From the NCBI GenBank assembly GCA_034667645.1, contig JAXDQV010000146.1:1-63408 (forward strand): DNA of 63,408 bases, read 5' to 3'. Both the position numbers and the translations under genes were made by a program. Source of the stretch: Chthoniobacter sp. (GTDB taxonomy: Bacteria > Verrucomicrobiota > Verrucomicrobiia > Chthoniobacterales > Chthoniobacteraceae). Positions 42,953-54,964 of the stretch are shown here, piece after piece. The notes under the pieces are model-generated. The model worked only from the letters and a program-made list of their open reading frames with translations. It was not told the DNA's origin and did not search any database. The stretch's first letter is position 1. The number at the start of each line of letters is the position of its first letter.

Positions 42953-45067
42953 ATGATGAAAAGCTCCCTCCGCTTCCTCCTTGCCGCTGCCGGAACTCTG
43001 CTGCTGCCCGCCGCTCCGGCGTGGGCGGCGGATATCTTTAAAGCCAATAACCAGACGATCCTGACCGACTCGAATAGCTGGGTCTCGACCAGCGGGGGCG
43101 TGCTGCCGCCACCCACCGCGCCGGGGCCCGGAGACGTGGCGGTGTTTGATTCCACCATCCAGCAGAGCGGGACGGGAACGGTGACCACGCTCTACGGCGG
43201 GGATTTGAGCTGGGGCGGAATACGGGTGGCAAATCCAGCGCTGAGCGCGACCTCCGGCGCTCTGAAAGCCTACGTCATTAGCGGCACTGGAAACACGCTT
43301 ACCCTCGGTGCTTCTGGCATCGACATGAGCAACGCCACGAGGACTTTTCTAATCGGCAGCTCAGTTCTAATTGCAGCCAACCAAACTTGGGCGGTCGCTG
43401 ATGCGAGCGCGAATATCACGAGCCCGACCACGGGGAGTGGATCATTTGAATCCGCTTTCGCGCTCAGCCAGTTGGAAGACCTGATTTTTTCCGGAACCGG
43501 TTCGGCGAGTAATGCTGCCTTATCGTCTTTCAACCTGGGCGGTTTCACGGTGACGACTTCCGGTAGCGGAACGATCGTGATTCACTCCGGCTACCTGGTA
43601 ACGAATGGCACTTTCAATGTAGGTAACGGCACCGCGGGAACGGTTATTACCAACGGCACGAACGCGAACAGGAGTTCCGCATTAACGGTCCAGAGCGGAG
43701 GTAGCCGAAATCAGACGATCAACAGCGACGTCACCTTTAACGTCTCAAGCACCCTTCGCATGCAGGCCAATGGCGGGGTATTTACTTCGGCTGCGGCCGT
43801 CAACATCCTCAATGGCGGTATTCTAAATCTTGTTTCCGCCAACTCCACGGCCGGGAATAGCGTCACGCTCAGTGGGTCACTCAATATTAGCGGCACGAGT
43901 ATTCTCCACGTTTCAAACAGTCCGAGCAACGGTGCTGGAAGCCAGCCAATCACCATTACGGGGAATTTGGCAGGGGCGGCTCCGCTCACGATTCAGAACA
44001 ACGCTTCAAACGCCGCCAGCGTTTTTTCCTTTATGGGAGACAACTCCGGCTACAACGGCGCGGTTACGGTTTCGGGCACCATCGGGAACCGTTTTGTCCG
44101 CCTCGGCAGCGACACAGCGGGTAGCGCGAACGCAACTTGGACGGTAAATTCCGGGAACACGCTGCAGGTGGGTGGCACCGCCGCCGCGACCGGCGCATCC
44201 GTGCAGCTCGGCGTGCTCAACGGGTCGGGCACGATCATGAATCCCGTTACTTCCAGCACGAGCTCGATCACCGTCGGATCAGGGATCTTCGGGGGCGTGA
44301 TCTCCAGCGGCTCCAGCACCCTGAACCTGACAAAAGCGACGGCGGGAACCCTCGCGCTCTCGGGCAGCAACACCTACACCGGCGCCACCGCGATCAACGC
44401 GGGGACACTCGTCGTCTCCGGTTCCATCTCGGCTACTGGCAATGTCACGGTGGGTGATGCGCTCAACCTCGCGACGGCAGCGGTTCTCTCCGGCAGTGGC
44501 CGGGTGGGGAATGTCACGCTTGGACCCGCGATTGCCGCAAACAGTGGCGCGAAGGTAAGCCCGAGCCTGAGCGTCACGACCAGCGGGACAACTTTGAACA
44601 CGAGCAACTTCACCATGAACTCGGGTGCGCATCTCGCGCTCCAGCTCGGCCGGACCACGCCCGGGACTGACTTTGCGAGCGGCATCTCGGATCGTGTGAA
44701 TGCGACCGGAGGAGTAACGCTCAACGGCGGCGACCTTCAACTCAGCTTGCTCAGCGGCTACACCCCCGCCGTCAACGACGTGCTTTATCTCCTGATCAAC
44801 GATCTGTCAGATAGTATCGTCGGCACCCCCGGCACGTTTGTCAGCGTGAACGGGACCCCAACGGTCCTGACTCAGGATTCCACCTTCACGGTCGGCGGCA
44901 ACACCTACAAGATCAGCTACACCGCGGACACGGCGACCAGTTCGTTTGAAGGGGCTGGGAATGACGTGGCGCTGCAGCTCGTGCCCGAGCCGGGCGCCTG
45001 GGGCATGTTGCTTGGCGGTGCCGGAGTCTTGTTCGCGGCTCGAGGGCTTCGCCGGCGCGCACGCTGA
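42953..45067 (+). CDS. autotransporter-associated beta-strand-repeat protein with PEP-CTERM anchor
   Basis: Signal peptide MMKSSLRFLLAAAGTLLLPAAPAWA. GSNTYTGATAINAGTLVVSG-type repeats. C-terminus LVPEPGAWGMLLGGAGVLFAARGLRRR. Confidence 0.75.
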   Translation: MMKSSLRFLLAAAGTLLLPAAPAWAADIFKANNQTILTDSNSWVSTSGGVLPPPTAPGPGDVAVFDSTIQQSGTGTVTTLYGGDLSWGGIRVANPALSATSGALKAYVISGTGNTLTLGASGIDMSNATRTFLIGSSVLIAANQTWAVADASANITSPTTGSGSFESAFALSQLEDLIFSGTGSASNAALSSFNLGGFTVTTSGSGTIVIHSGYLVTNGTFNVGNGTAGTVITNGTNANRSSALTVQSGGSRNQTINSDVTFNVSSTLRMQANGGVFTSAAAVNILNGGILNLVSANSTAGNSVTLSGSLNISGTSILHVSNSPSNGAGSQPITITGNLAGAAPLTIQNNASNAASVFSFMGDNSGYNGAVTVSGTIGNRFVRLGSDTAGSANATWTVNSGNTLQVGGTAAATGASVQLGVLNGSGTIMNPVTSSTSSITVGSGIFGGVISSGSSTLNLTKATAGTLALSGSNTYTGATAINAGTLVVSGSISATGNVTVGDALNLATAAVLSGSGRVGNVTLGPAIAANSGAKVSPSLSVTTSGTTLNTSNFTMNSGAHLALQLGRTTPGTDFASGISDRVNATGGVTLNGGDLQLSLLSGYTPAVNDVLYLLINDLSDSIVGTPGTFVSVNGTPTVLTQDSTFTVGGNTYKISYTADTATSSFEGAGNDVALQLVPEPGAWGMLLGGAGVLFAARGLRRRAR

Positions 45068-45133
45068 GCGCCGCTTTTGCGGACGTGAGAAAAAGTGCGC
45101 CGAGGCGCGAATGACTGCTACTGTCCACGCCCC

Positions 45134-46438
45134 ATGCCTTTCCGCGCACTCAATCTCGGAGCCGACATTTTCAAAGCCATCCAGGACGCCGGCTACACCG
45201 AGCCGACGCCGATCCAGGCGGAAGCCATCCCGCCGATCCTCGCAGGCCATGACCTGATCGGGATCGCGCAGACCGGCACCGGAAAAACCGCGGCGTTCGT
45301 TTTGCCAATCCTCTCGCTCCTCACCGCCGCGCCGGAGCCTCGGCCGCGAAGAGGCACGCGTGTGTTGATCGTAGCGCCGACGCGCGAGCTGGTGGTGCAG
45401 ATCGAAGAAAACGTGCGGGCCTACGCGAAATATCTGCCGCTGCGCATGGCCACCGTTTACGGCGGAGTGGGGGAGCGCCCGCAGATCGAGGCGCTGCGTT
45501 CCGCGGTGGATCTCGTGATCGCCACGCCGGGGCGGCTGATCGACCTGATGGGACAGCGGCACGGCGACTTTTCCGGCATTGATTTTCTCGTGCTCGATGA
45601 GGCCGACCGGATGCTCGACATGGGTTTCCTGCCGCAGATCCGGCGCATCGTGAAAGCGCTGCCGCAGAAGCGCCAGACGCTGATGTTTTCCGCCACGCTC
45701 TCGCGCGAGATCGAGGCGCTCACGCACGAGTTTCAGAAGTCGCCGAAGATCGTGCAGATCGGCCGGCGCGCGAATCCGGCGGAGACGGTGACGCAGCTCG
45801 TTTATGAAGTGTCCGCCGGCCTGAAGCCCTCGCTGTTGACGCATCTGCTGGGCGATCCGGTGTTCGATTCCGTCCTCGTTTTCACGCGCACCAAGCACGG
45901 CGCGGATCGGATCGCCAAGCGGCTCGAGAGCAGCCAGATCAAAACGGCGACGCTGCATTCCAATCGCTCGCAAAACCAGCGGCTGCGCGCGTTGAAGGCC
46001 TTCAAGTCCGGCGAAGTCCGCGTGCTCGTGGCCACCGACATCGCTGCGCGCGGAATTGACGTGGACGGGATCTCGCACGTGGTGAATTACGATTTTCCCC
46101 TGCATCCCGAGGACTACGTGCACCGCATCGGACGCACCGGCCGCGCCAATGCCGTCGGCGACGCCATCAGCTTCGTCACGCCGGAGGATCACGGTTCGCT
46201 GCGCTCGCTCGAGCGCTTCATCGGGCGGGGCATCGTCCGCAAACGTGCCGAAGGCTTCGACTACGCCGCCTCGGCCCCGGCGCCATCCAGCGCGCCACGC
46301 GAGCCGCGTCGCAACACGAACCACTCCCGCCCCACGCCGAACAACTGGACGCCGCACACACCCGGTGGACGCACGGCCGGTAGCGGCCATCGTCGCGGCG
46401 ACGGTGCCGGTCATTCGCGCGGTTCAGGCCGCCGGTAG
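45134..46438 (+). CDS. rhlE: DEAD-box ATP-dependent RNA helicase with a basic tail
   Basis: Q-motif TPIQ, AQTGTGKT, DEAD, SAT, HRIGRTGR. Arg/Gly-rich C-terminus. Confidence 0.9.
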   Translation: MPFRALNLGADIFKAIQDAGYTEPTPIQAEAIPPILAGHDLIGIAQTGTGKTAAFVLPILSLLTAAPEPRPRRGTRVLIVAPTRELVVQIEENVRAYAKYLPLRMATVYGGVGERPQIEALRSAVDLVIATPGRLIDLMGQRHGDFSGIDFLVLDEADRMLDMGFLPQIRRIVKALPQKRQTLMFSATLSREIEALTHEFQKSPKIVQIGRRANPAETVTQLVYEVSAGLKPSLLTHLLGDPVFDSVLVFTRTKHGADRIAKRLESSQIKTATLHSNRSQNQRLRALKAFKSGEVRVLVATDIAARGIDVDGISHVVNYDFPLHPEDYVHRIGRTGRANAVGDAISFVTPEDHGSLRSLERFIGRGIVRKRAEGFDYAASAPAPSSAPREPRRNTNHSRPTPNNWTPHTPGGRTAGSGHRRGDGAGHSRGSGRR

Positions 46439-46462
46439 GAGCGGAGCAGGTTGCTTGCGGCG

Positions 46463-47286
<824 letters not shown>

Positions 47287-47359
47287 ACCGGAGCACCTGA
47301 CCATTCCCGGCGGAGGCAGACAAGACATTTGCTTGCACGGCCTGCGCGGTCTTAAGGCA

Positions 47360-49996
47360 TCACTGTGAAGTGATGAAGAGGCGGAGGAAAAGTTTACCGT
47401 TCTCTGCGAGGCTCGCCGTGGCCCTCATGACATAGTAGCCACTCTGTTCGCTGATTACAACCGGCGCTGCGGCGATAGCGGTCCAGGTGCGGAGATCGGG
47501 GGATTGCTGAACCGCGTAGGTAATGCCGGAAAGGTTCTTCGACATGCGGAAGGTCAGGACTACGTTGCCTGATTCGTCGCGGCTGGCGGTGACGAGCCCC
47601 AGCGTATCCGCTGTGTTAGGATTGGAAGCGAGAAAGTATTCGAGGAGATTGGAGCCGCCGTCACGGTCGGGGTCGGCATTGGGGCCAATAACCAGCGGAT
47701 CGGTTTGGCCGGGAAAGGCGGCGACGCGCCATTGACCGAAGGTCTGCGCGGGCTTGGCGCTTACCTCAGCAGAGTTGGCGCTGGTGCCGCTTACATTCGC
47801 TGCTGCTACAACGTAGTAGTAGGGAGTGCCATTGGTCAGGCCAGCATCCGTGTAAGTGGTGCCAACGGCCGAGCTGCTAAGTGCCAAATAACCGGTGCCG
47901 CTGGTTAGACTGCGCGAGACAATATAACGGGTCGCGTTGGCGGGAGCGGTCCAATTTAGCGCTACCTGAGCGTCGCCGGGGGTTGCGATAAGACCGGTGG
48001 GCGCGACGGGCGGAGGAACCGGCGTGGCGCTGGCTTCCGCGGAGTTGACGCCGGTTCCGCTCGTGTTGCTCCCGCTGACCACATAGTAATAGGTGGTGCC
48101 GTTTGCGCGGCCAGTGTCGGTGTAGGTGGTGGCTGTTCCGCTCGCGATGGCGGTGTAAGGGCCGCCGCTGATCGTGGCGCGCTGGATGTTGTAACCCGCC
48201 GCCCCACTGGATGCCGGCCAGCTCAGCGAGACCTGTCCGTTTCCGGCCGTTGCCGTGAAGCTCGGCGCATTTGGGACGGCGAGCGTCCGCGCCGTGCCTT
48301 GGTAAATGTCCAGGCAGTCCAGGCTGTATCCGGGGCTCAGAAAACCGGTTCCGGTCGAGCCGCTGATGGGGAAAATCGTGATCGTATTGGCGGTGCCGCT
48401 CACGAGCGTTCCGGCAGGCACGGTATAAGTGTAGGTGGTGTTGAAACCGCGATAGGTTCCCACCGTCAGCGACCGGGTCTTGGCGTAAGAGGGCGCCGCG
48501 GGATTGCTGGACGTCCATGAGTTGACGGTGATCTTGGGACGCGCCCCGGAATAGGAATTGGTGATCCCGATCCGGATCGTATTCGCCGCGGCAGCCTGGA
48601 CCGCGGTCGCGGTAAAGTTAATCACTTGATTCGAATTTACGTCGCCCCATTGATAGCACGGAATCCCTGTCGCCGGGGAAGAGGTCCCGACCACGTAAGG
48701 GCCGGGATTCCATGTGGCGATGCGCACGTCCGATGGATGCATCGTCGTCACTTTGTCCCCGTTCAAGAACTCGTTGGGCGCGCCATCCCAATTTCCAATC
48801 CGCCAGACAGGCACCGTGGCGCTGGGATCGTTGGTGATGGTGATCGGGTTGAGAGTAACCAGTCCTCCCGCCGTGACCGCAACGCTTGTTGTGTAAACGA
48901 CCAGCTCGTTTTTATGAATGCTCATGGTGTAAGTGCCGGAGAGCATCCCGGTCATCGTGAACGCGCCGTTACTAGCCGCGGCGTCCGTCCAATACTGCGC
49001 GGCGGCATTCGCGAAGCCGACGGTGTAGGTATAGCTGGTGTCACGGCCCGAGATGCCGCCACAGGTGACCGTGCCGCGACCCGACGAGCCCACATAGCCG
49101 ACGAGTCCCATGTTCGCGACCCACGAGGTATCGAGTGCCGGTGGCGCTCCGCCATTCGTGAAAACGAGAGTGTAAGGGCCATTGAGGATGTTCGTGCGGA
49201 AGGCTTCGGTCTGCGCCTCGCCGTAATTCACGATTTCATAAAGCTCCTGCTGATCGCCGCACTGGTTGATCAGGCAGCGCCAGAAGGGGCCGCCGCAGTC
49301 GCCCTCGTGATTACTGCGAACCATCCATGCGGCGACGTTGGTGCCCGTGGCACCGGTGTAGCTCCAATCTTTCAGTCGCTGGTTTGAATAGTGCTTGGAG
49401 CGGGTCTGGCCACGAAGCGCGACGTTCGCGTTCGTGCCGCTAAATCCGAAAATATCGCCGGACTCAACAGTGCTGTCGGTGTTACGAATTTCGGACGGGG
49501 TCGGCCCATTGGGCAGCAACCCATTTGGGATCCGAACGATGAAGCGAACCAGCCCGATCGCCGGTTCCTCCGTAAAGTGGGTCGCCATGTAAATGTGGCT
49601 GAATCCTTTGCGCGCCATGTAGTAGTGCGTGAGCGTTCCCGTGGTCCCGGAGGAGATGCCCGTGGCAGTGACACCGATTTTGACGTAATCTGTGCCCACC
49701 GTGGTGCCGGAAACCGTGACCCCCGTGGTGCCTAGGCCGGAGTTAATATGCGATCCCTTGGCGGAGTATTGATATTGGACTCCATTGTAGAGGAGCGACG
49801 TGATGTCGCCATTGGACTGATTCACTTTGAAAACGAGACCTGCATTCGTATCGACGGTGTAATAACCCCCACTGCTCGTGAGCCCGAAGGCCGCAAGGGC
49901 GGTAAGGGGGGTGCAAAACTGCAGCGCCAAGGCGGTCAAAACCGCAGAGAGAAAAAGGCGCACCGAGTGCGTGCAAGTGAACGTGGAGGAGGGCAT
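47360..49996 (-). CDS. rhamnogalacturonan lyase (PL4-like) with two FN3 domains and a C-terminal sorting/anchor domain
   Basis: The N-terminal about 600 aa resemble PL4 lyases (GGYYTVDT...ITSLLYNGVQYQ..., ...THYYMARKG...). Two ...TYYYVV... FN3 repeats. Assignment by recall only. Confidence 0.65.
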   Translation of the reverse strand: MPSSTFTCTHSVRLFLSAVLTALALQFCTPLTALAAFGLTSSGGYYTVDTNAGLVFKVNQSNGDITSLLYNGVQYQYSAKGSHINSGLGTTGVTVSGTTVGTDYVKIGVTATGISSGTTGTLTHYYMARKGFSHIYMATHFTEEPAIGLVRFIVRIPNGLLPNGPTPSEIRNTDSTVESGDIFGFSGTNANVALRGQTRSKHYSNQRLKDWSYTGATGTNVAAWMVRSNHEGDCGGPFWRCLINQCGDQQELYEIVNYGEAQTEAFRTNILNGPYTLVFTNGGAPPALDTSWVANMGLVGYVGSSGRGTVTCGGISGRDTSYTYTVGFANAAAQYWTDAAASNGAFTMTGMLSGTYTMSIHKNELVVYTTSVAVTAGGLVTLNPITITNDPSATVPVWRIGNWDGAPNEFLNGDKVTTMHPSDVRIATWNPGPYVVGTSSPATGIPCYQWGDVNSNQVINFTATAVQAAAANTIRIGITNSYSGARPKITVNSWTSSNPAAPSYAKTRSLTVGTYRGFNTTYTYTVPAGTLVSGTANTITIFPISGSTGTGFLSPGYSLDCLDIYQGTARTLAVPNAPSFTATAGNGQVSLSWPASSGAAGYNIQRATISGGPYTAIASGTATTYTDTGRANGTTYYYVVSGSNTSGTGVNSAEASATPVPPPVAPTGLIATPGDAQVALNWTAPANATRYIVSRSLTSGTGYLALSSSAVGTTYTDAGLTNGTPYYYVVAAANVSGTSANSAEVSAKPAQTFGQWRVAAFPGQTDPLVIGPNADPDRDGGSNLLEYFLASNPNTADTLGLVTASRDESGNVVLTFRMSKNLSGITYAVQQSPDLRTWTAIAAAPVVISEQSGYYVMRATASLAENGKLFLRLFITSQ

Positions 49997-50169
49997 GGCG
50001 GGACGATACTCTATCGCGCGACCTCTCTTAAAGCAACGCCACACCCTATTCGTCGCTCACCTTCATCCCGCTTCGCTAAATCACGTCTTGACGTTTTCGG
50101 GGCAATTCACCATCTATTTCGCCCGTTGCCGCCGGAGCCCAGCATTGACCGGATCGGAGCGACTTTTTT

Positions 50170-52491
50170 ATGAAAGAACTCTTCAGAATCCGATCCGCCG
50201 CCCGCGCCTGGTTTTGCCTGCTGGCGATCATTTGCACGGTGATGAACTCCTTTGCGCAGCCGCAGGAGGCGCCAGCCCCCATCGTCAAACAGATCGACAT
50301 CCAATACGCCGGACCTTCAACCGTAAGCCGCGAGCGGATCCTGGCGAACATGCGAACCAAAGTTGGGCGGCCCTACAGTCAGGGCACAGTCGAGGAGGAT
50401 GTGCGCAATCTTTATGCGACGGGAAATGTCACCAACGTGCGGATTTTTGGGCAACCAGTGACGGATGGAGTGAAGGTGATCGTAGTGGTGCAGTCAAAGG
50501 CCACCATCGGCACCCTGGAAGTGCAGGGAGCGACGAAAGTAAAGGCCGGGAGCTTAAAAAAGCAGTTTTCCAGCAAGCCGGGCGAGGCCTTGAGCGAAGC
50601 GAGCGTTGAGGCTGATCGTCAGAAGATCCTCGACGCATATGCGAGTAAAGGTTTCACCGACACACAGGTGACCGAAAAGACGGACATCGAGGATGCGACC
50701 GGCAAGGCGCGCGTGGTTTTCATGGTGAACGAAGGAGGAAAAACAGCGATTAGCGCGATCCATTTTGAGGGAAATACTGCGTTCACCGAGAAGCAGTTGC
50801 GCAAAGTGCTGAAGACGAAGTCGAAGAACCTTCTCTCGTTCCTGACCAAAGCCGGCCAGCTCAAAAACGAACAGCTCGATGCGGATGTGCAGACGCTGCG
50901 CGAGTATTATCAGAATCACGGTTACGTTGATGTCGCGATTGGAGACGTGAGAATCGACCGCACGGGCGACAAAGACGTGACGCTGTTTTTCCCGATCCGG
51001 GAAGGCGCGCAATATCACGTCGGAAGCGTCGCGGTGGCCGGTGCGCAGGTTTTCACGCCGGACGAGGTGACGGCGCAGTTGAAGACGCACGAAGGCAACG
51101 TTTTCTCGCCCGCTGACTTGAAGGCAGATGTGAAGGCGATCAGCGATCTCTACGGCGCGCGCGGCTACATTGACCTGCAGGCTACGGCGGATACAGCCAA
51201 TGGCGGCTCGAATGTCATCAACGTCGTTTATCGTCTCGGTGAGGGGAACCAATCCTATATCGAACGGGTGAACATCAGCGGAAATACGCGGACCAAGGAC
51301 AAGGTGATCCGGCGGGAGCTGGCGGTCGCGCCGGGCGAGGTCTACAACACCACCCGGGTCGACGCGAGCAAGCAACGCTTGCAAAACCTGAACTACTTTT
51401 CGCGCATCGAGTCGTATCCGTCCGATACGCTCGTTCCGGGGCGTAAGGACCTTAATGTGCTCGTGGAGGAAAAACGGACCGGTTCGTTTAATTTCGGCGC
51501 CGGCTTCTCGACGATCGACAGCCTCCTCGGCTTCGTGGAGGTGCAGCAGTCCAATTTCGACTTGTTAAAATGGCCGGACTTCACTGGCGGTGGTCAGCGT
51601 TTCCGGACACGAATCCAATACGGCACGAAGCGGAAAGATTTCCTCATCTCGCTCACTGAGCCGTGGTTCCTCGATTACCAAGTCTCCGTCGGCGGCGAAG
51701 TATTTTACAACGAGGCGCAGTTCGTCTCGTCCGTTTACGATCAGCGGAACTACGGGTTCGATCTCAACGCCCGCAAAGCGCTCACGCAGGACATTTCCGT
51801 CCGCCTCGACTACCGGCTCGAGGAAATCGACATTTTCCACCTTTCCTCCGACGTCTCGAACACGATCCGGGAAGATGCGGGCAATCACCTGAAAAGCTCG
51901 GTCACGACCGGCGTCACTTACGACACGCGTGATAGTGTTTTCCTCACGCGCAAGGGCCAGCGGGTGGACCTTTCCGGCTATATCGCAGGTGGTCCGCTCG
52001 GCGGCAACGTCGATATCTACGGCTTCGATTTAACCGGCAGCCAGTATTTTCATCTGCCTTGGGACACCATCTTCCTGATCAATGGCGAGATCGCCACTGT
52101 CGATAATTTTAACGGAGGCTCCCACGTTCCCATTTTTGACCGGCTCTATCTGGGTGGTGCGAACAATCTGCGCGGGTTCAAATACCGGCACGCGGGACCG
52201 AAGGACGAAAACGATGAGCCCATCGGCGGGAACACTCTCGCGCGGTTGACCTTGGAATACACCTTCCCGATCGTGGACCGGGTTCGTGGCGCAGTGTTTT
52301 ATGATACCGGCTTTGTGAATCGCGGCGCCTACCAATTCGGGATTGACGATCTGAATTCAGATTTCGGCATCGGCCTCCGGCTCGATTTGCCCATCGGCCC
52401 CGTTCGGCTGGACTACGGAATTCCGATTCAGTCGAGCGATGGCGGAGGCCATAGCGGGAAATTCAACTTTACCATCGGCTATCAATTTTGA
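50170..52491 (+). CDS. bamA: outer-membrane protein assembly factor BamA
   Basis: POTRA repeats, then a beta-barrel ending ...FNFTIGYQF. Followed by skp and lpxD. Confidence 0.9.
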   Translation: MKELFRIRSAARAWFCLLAIICTVMNSFAQPQEAPAPIVKQIDIQYAGPSTVSRERILANMRTKVGRPYSQGTVEEDVRNLYATGNVTNVRIFGQPVTDGVKVIVVVQSKATIGTLEVQGATKVKAGSLKKQFSSKPGEALSEASVEADRQKILDAYASKGFTDTQVTEKTDIEDATGKARVVFMVNEGGKTAISAIHFEGNTAFTEKQLRKVLKTKSKNLLSFLTKAGQLKNEQLDADVQTLREYYQNHGYVDVAIGDVRIDRTGDKDVTLFFPIREGAQYHVGSVAVAGAQVFTPDEVTAQLKTHEGNVFSPADLKADVKAISDLYGARGYIDLQATADTANGGSNVINVVYRLGEGNQSYIERVNISGNTRTKDKVIRRELAVAPGEVYNTTRVDASKQRLQNLNYFSRIESYPSDTLVPGRKDLNVLVEEKRTGSFNFGAGFSTIDSLLGFVEVQQSNFDLLKWPDFTGGGQRFRTRIQYGTKRKDFLISLTEPWFLDYQVSVGGEVFYNEAQFVSSVYDQRNYGFDLNARKALTQDISVRLDYRLEEIDIFHLSSDVSNTIREDAGNHLKSSVTTGVTYDTRDSVFLTRKGQRVDLSGYIAGGPLGGNVDIYGFDLTGSQYFHLPWDTIFLINGEIATVDNFNGGSHVPIFDRLYLGGANNLRGFKYRHAGPKDENDEPIGGNTLARLTLEYTFPIVDRVRGAVFYDTGFVNRGAYQFGIDDLNSDFGIGLRLDLPIGPVRLDYGIPIQSSDGGGHSGKFNFTIGYQF

Positions 52492-52543
52492 ACATAAGCG
52501 GCTCCCCGCAGTCTCACGCTCACTTCGAATCGCCCATTCTTTT

Positions 52544-53167
52544 ATGAAAAAACTGACCCTTCCAGCCCTGGCCGTGACCTTTCTCCTCGCCAGTTCCATG
52601 GCATCGCTCGCTCAATCCAAAGTGGGCACCGTCGACATGAACAAGATTTTCTCCTCCTACTACAAAACCAAGGACGCCGAGTCGCGCATCAATGAAGCGC
52701 GCGCTGCTGCAAAGAAGGAACTCGACGATCGGATGGACACCTACAAAAAGACGGTGGATTCCATCAACAAGCTGAACGAGGACCTGAACAATACGGCTCT
52801 CAGCAAGGACAAAAAGGACGAAAGCGGCAAAAAGCGCGACGATATGATCAGCGAGACCAAAAATCTCGAACGAGAGATCGGCGAATTCCGCACCACCCGT
52901 GAAAAGCAACTGCAAGAACAGGCTGTTCGCATGCGCAACGGGATTGTCGAGGAAATCACGAAGCTCGTGCAGGAGGAAGTGAAGAGCAATTCCTACGATC
53001 TGGTCTTCGACAAATCGGGCCAGAGCCTGAACGGCGTGCCGATCCTTCTCTTCTCGCGTGATTCGGACGACTTCAGTGATCGCATCATTACGGCGTTGAA
53101 CAAAAACCGCCCGAAAGACACGGGCGCTGCCCCCGCTGAAAAAGCGGCGCCGAGCCCGAAAAAATAG
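52544..53167 (+). CDS. skp: periplasmic chaperone Skp/OmpH
   Basis: Signal peptide, then a Lys/Glu-rich coiled-coil OmpH pattern. Conserved position between bamA and lpxD. Confidence 0.8.
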   Translation: MKKLTLPALAVTFLLASSMASLAQSKVGTVDMNKIFSSYYKTKDAESRINEARAAAKKELDDRMDTYKKTVDSINKLNEDLNNTALSKDKKDESGKKRDDMISETKNLEREIGEFRTTREKQLQEQAVRMRNGIVEEITKLVQEEVKSNSYDLVFDKSGQSLNGVPILLFSRDSDDFSDRIITALNKNRPKDTGAAPAEKAAPSPKK

Positions 53168-53272
53168 CCTTTCAAAACACCATCGTGAAAAGTCCGTTGC
53201 TTCGAAAGAGCAGCGGACTTTTTGTGTCTCGACCCGACGTGATTCCGGGAAATTGAGGATGCGCTAATCCAA

Positions 53273-54346
53273 ATGGACGTTACGATTCACGAACTCGCCG
53301 CGCTCGTCGGCGGCCGGCTTGCAGAGGAGGGCAACGTCGGGCCGCGCATTACCGGCGCCGCGTCAATTGCGGATGCCACAGAAGGCCAGGTCACGTTTTT
53401 CGGAAACGCTCGATATTTGCCCGCGCTCAAGCGTTGCCGGGCGAGTGCTGCGCTGGTGCCGCTGGAATTTAGCGAAGAAATCGGGCCTGAACTTATTCAC
53501 GTCGAGAATCCCTCGCTCGCCTTTGCGCAGATTCTCGAGAAATTTGCTCCACCCGCGCCGGTCTATGCATCCGGCGTGCATCCCAGCGCTATCATCGGGG
53601 AGAATGTCACGCTTGCCGAAAACGTGTCGGTCCAGCCTTACGCGGTCGTTGAGCAAGGTGCCCGGATCGGAGCTGACACCTTCATCGGCGCCCATTCCTT
53701 CATCGGGCAGGGAAGCACGCTCGGCGCAGGCTGTAAGATCCACCCGCACGTCACACTAAGGGAAAACTCGCTGCTTGGCGCACGCGTTACGATTCACAGC
53801 GGCACGGTGGTTGGCAGCGACGGCTTTGGATACGAGTTCGCGGAAGGCGCGCACGTGAAGATTCCCCAGATCGGATTTGTGCAAATCGATGACGACGTGG
53901 AAATTGGAGCCAATGTGACCATCGATCGGGCTCGCTTTGGACGGACCTGGATTCAGGAGGGCACGAAGATCGATAACCTGGTTCAGATCGCTCACAACGT
54001 AACCATTGGGAAACATTGCATCCTCGTTTCCCAAGTGGGAATTTCCGGCAGCACGCGGCTAGGGAATTACGTCACCCTGGCAGGACAGGTTGGATTGGTG
54101 GGACATATCGAAGTCGGAGACCAAGCCATCGTCGGGGCCAAAAGCGGCGTAAGCAAAAGCGTTCCGGCGAAAGAGCACTGGTTCGGAATTCCGGCCATGC
54201 CCGAAGAGAATTTTAAAACGCGGTTCGCGTATATCAACCGGCTCGCGAAGCTCAATGCGAGAGTGAAGGCTCTGGAACAACGTCTGGAAGCGCAGGAGAA
54301 GTCCGCTCGACCTGCGGGCAGCGATTTGCAAAGCCGATCTGTCTGA
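53273..54346 (+). CDS. lpxD: UDP-3-O-acylglucosamine N-acyltransferase
   Basis: N-terminal LpxD domain followed by left-handed beta-helix hexapeptide repeats. Confidence 0.9.
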   Translation: MDVTIHELAALVGGRLAEEGNVGPRITGAASIADATEGQVTFFGNARYLPALKRCRASAALVPLEFSEEIGPELIHVENPSLAFAQILEKFAPPAPVYASGVHPSAIIGENVTLAENVSVQPYAVVEQGARIGADTFIGAHSFIGQGSTLGAGCKIHPHVTLRENSLLGARVTIHSGTVVGSDGFGYEFAEGAHVKIPQIGFVQIDDDVEIGANVTIDRARFGRTWIQEGTKIDNLVQIAHNVTIGKHCILVSQVGISGSTRLGNYVTLAGQVGLVGHIEVGDQAIVGAKSGVSKSVPAKEHWFGIPAMPEENFKTRFAYINRLAKLNARVKALEQRLEAQEKSARPAGSDLQSRSV

Positions 54347-54371
54347 TTTTTACCGAGGCCCAATTCCTCCT

Positions 54372-54869
54372 ATGACTCGCAAGGCAACACCGCAACGACC
54401 GGGAAAGAAACGCGCCGCCAAGCGCCCGAAGCGCCTTCTTTCACGGCCGATCCTGCCGATGCAGCGGCAACTTCCGTTTGCCCACGAAGGCCGCTATTTC
54501 GACTTGAAGGAGATCTTTGCGAAGCTCAATGCGAAGTATTTCCGCAACTCGCTGCGCCGCTACACGATCATCTGGGGCCGCAAAAGGAAGGAACGGCCAC
54601 GCGAATACTTCATCTTCGGATCGATCCAGGAGGAGGATAAAATCATTCGCATCCACCCGCTGCTCGATGCGCGGTTCGTTCCGCGCTGGTTCCTAGAGTA
54701 TGTCATTTACCACGAGATGCTCCATTCTGTCGTGCCCGACGAATACGATAAAAAGCGCAAGCGCCGCATCGTGCACACCGACAAGTTCAACGCGCGCGAG
54801 CAGCAGTATCCGTGGTATCGGCGCGCCCAAAAGTGGGAGCAGGAAAACTTGGCACGGTTTTTACAGTAA
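54372..54869 (+). CDS. SprT-like/DUF45-like zinc metalloprotease
   Basis: YVIYHEMLH HExxH motif. Basic N-terminus. Confidence 0.6.
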   Translation: MTRKATPQRPGKKRAAKRPKRLLSRPILPMQRQLPFAHEGRYFDLKEIFAKLNAKYFRNSLRRYTIIWGRKRKERPREYFIFGSIQEEDKIIRIHPLLDARFVPRWFLEYVIYHEMLHSVVPDEYDKKRKRRIVHTDKFNAREQQYPWYRRAQKWEQENLARFLQ

Positions 54870-54964
54870 GTTCCGGCACTTCAGTTGGTGGGACTCCCGT
54901 GCGTTTTTCAGGAGCTGCCACAACTTCGATTCGACGCTCGCCCGCCACGCGATAACTTGGCGGC

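Noticed and set aside
44807-46414. 535-aa ORF antisense to the DEAD-box helicase
   Set aside because: Shadow ORF. The opposite strand carries every helicase motif in order.
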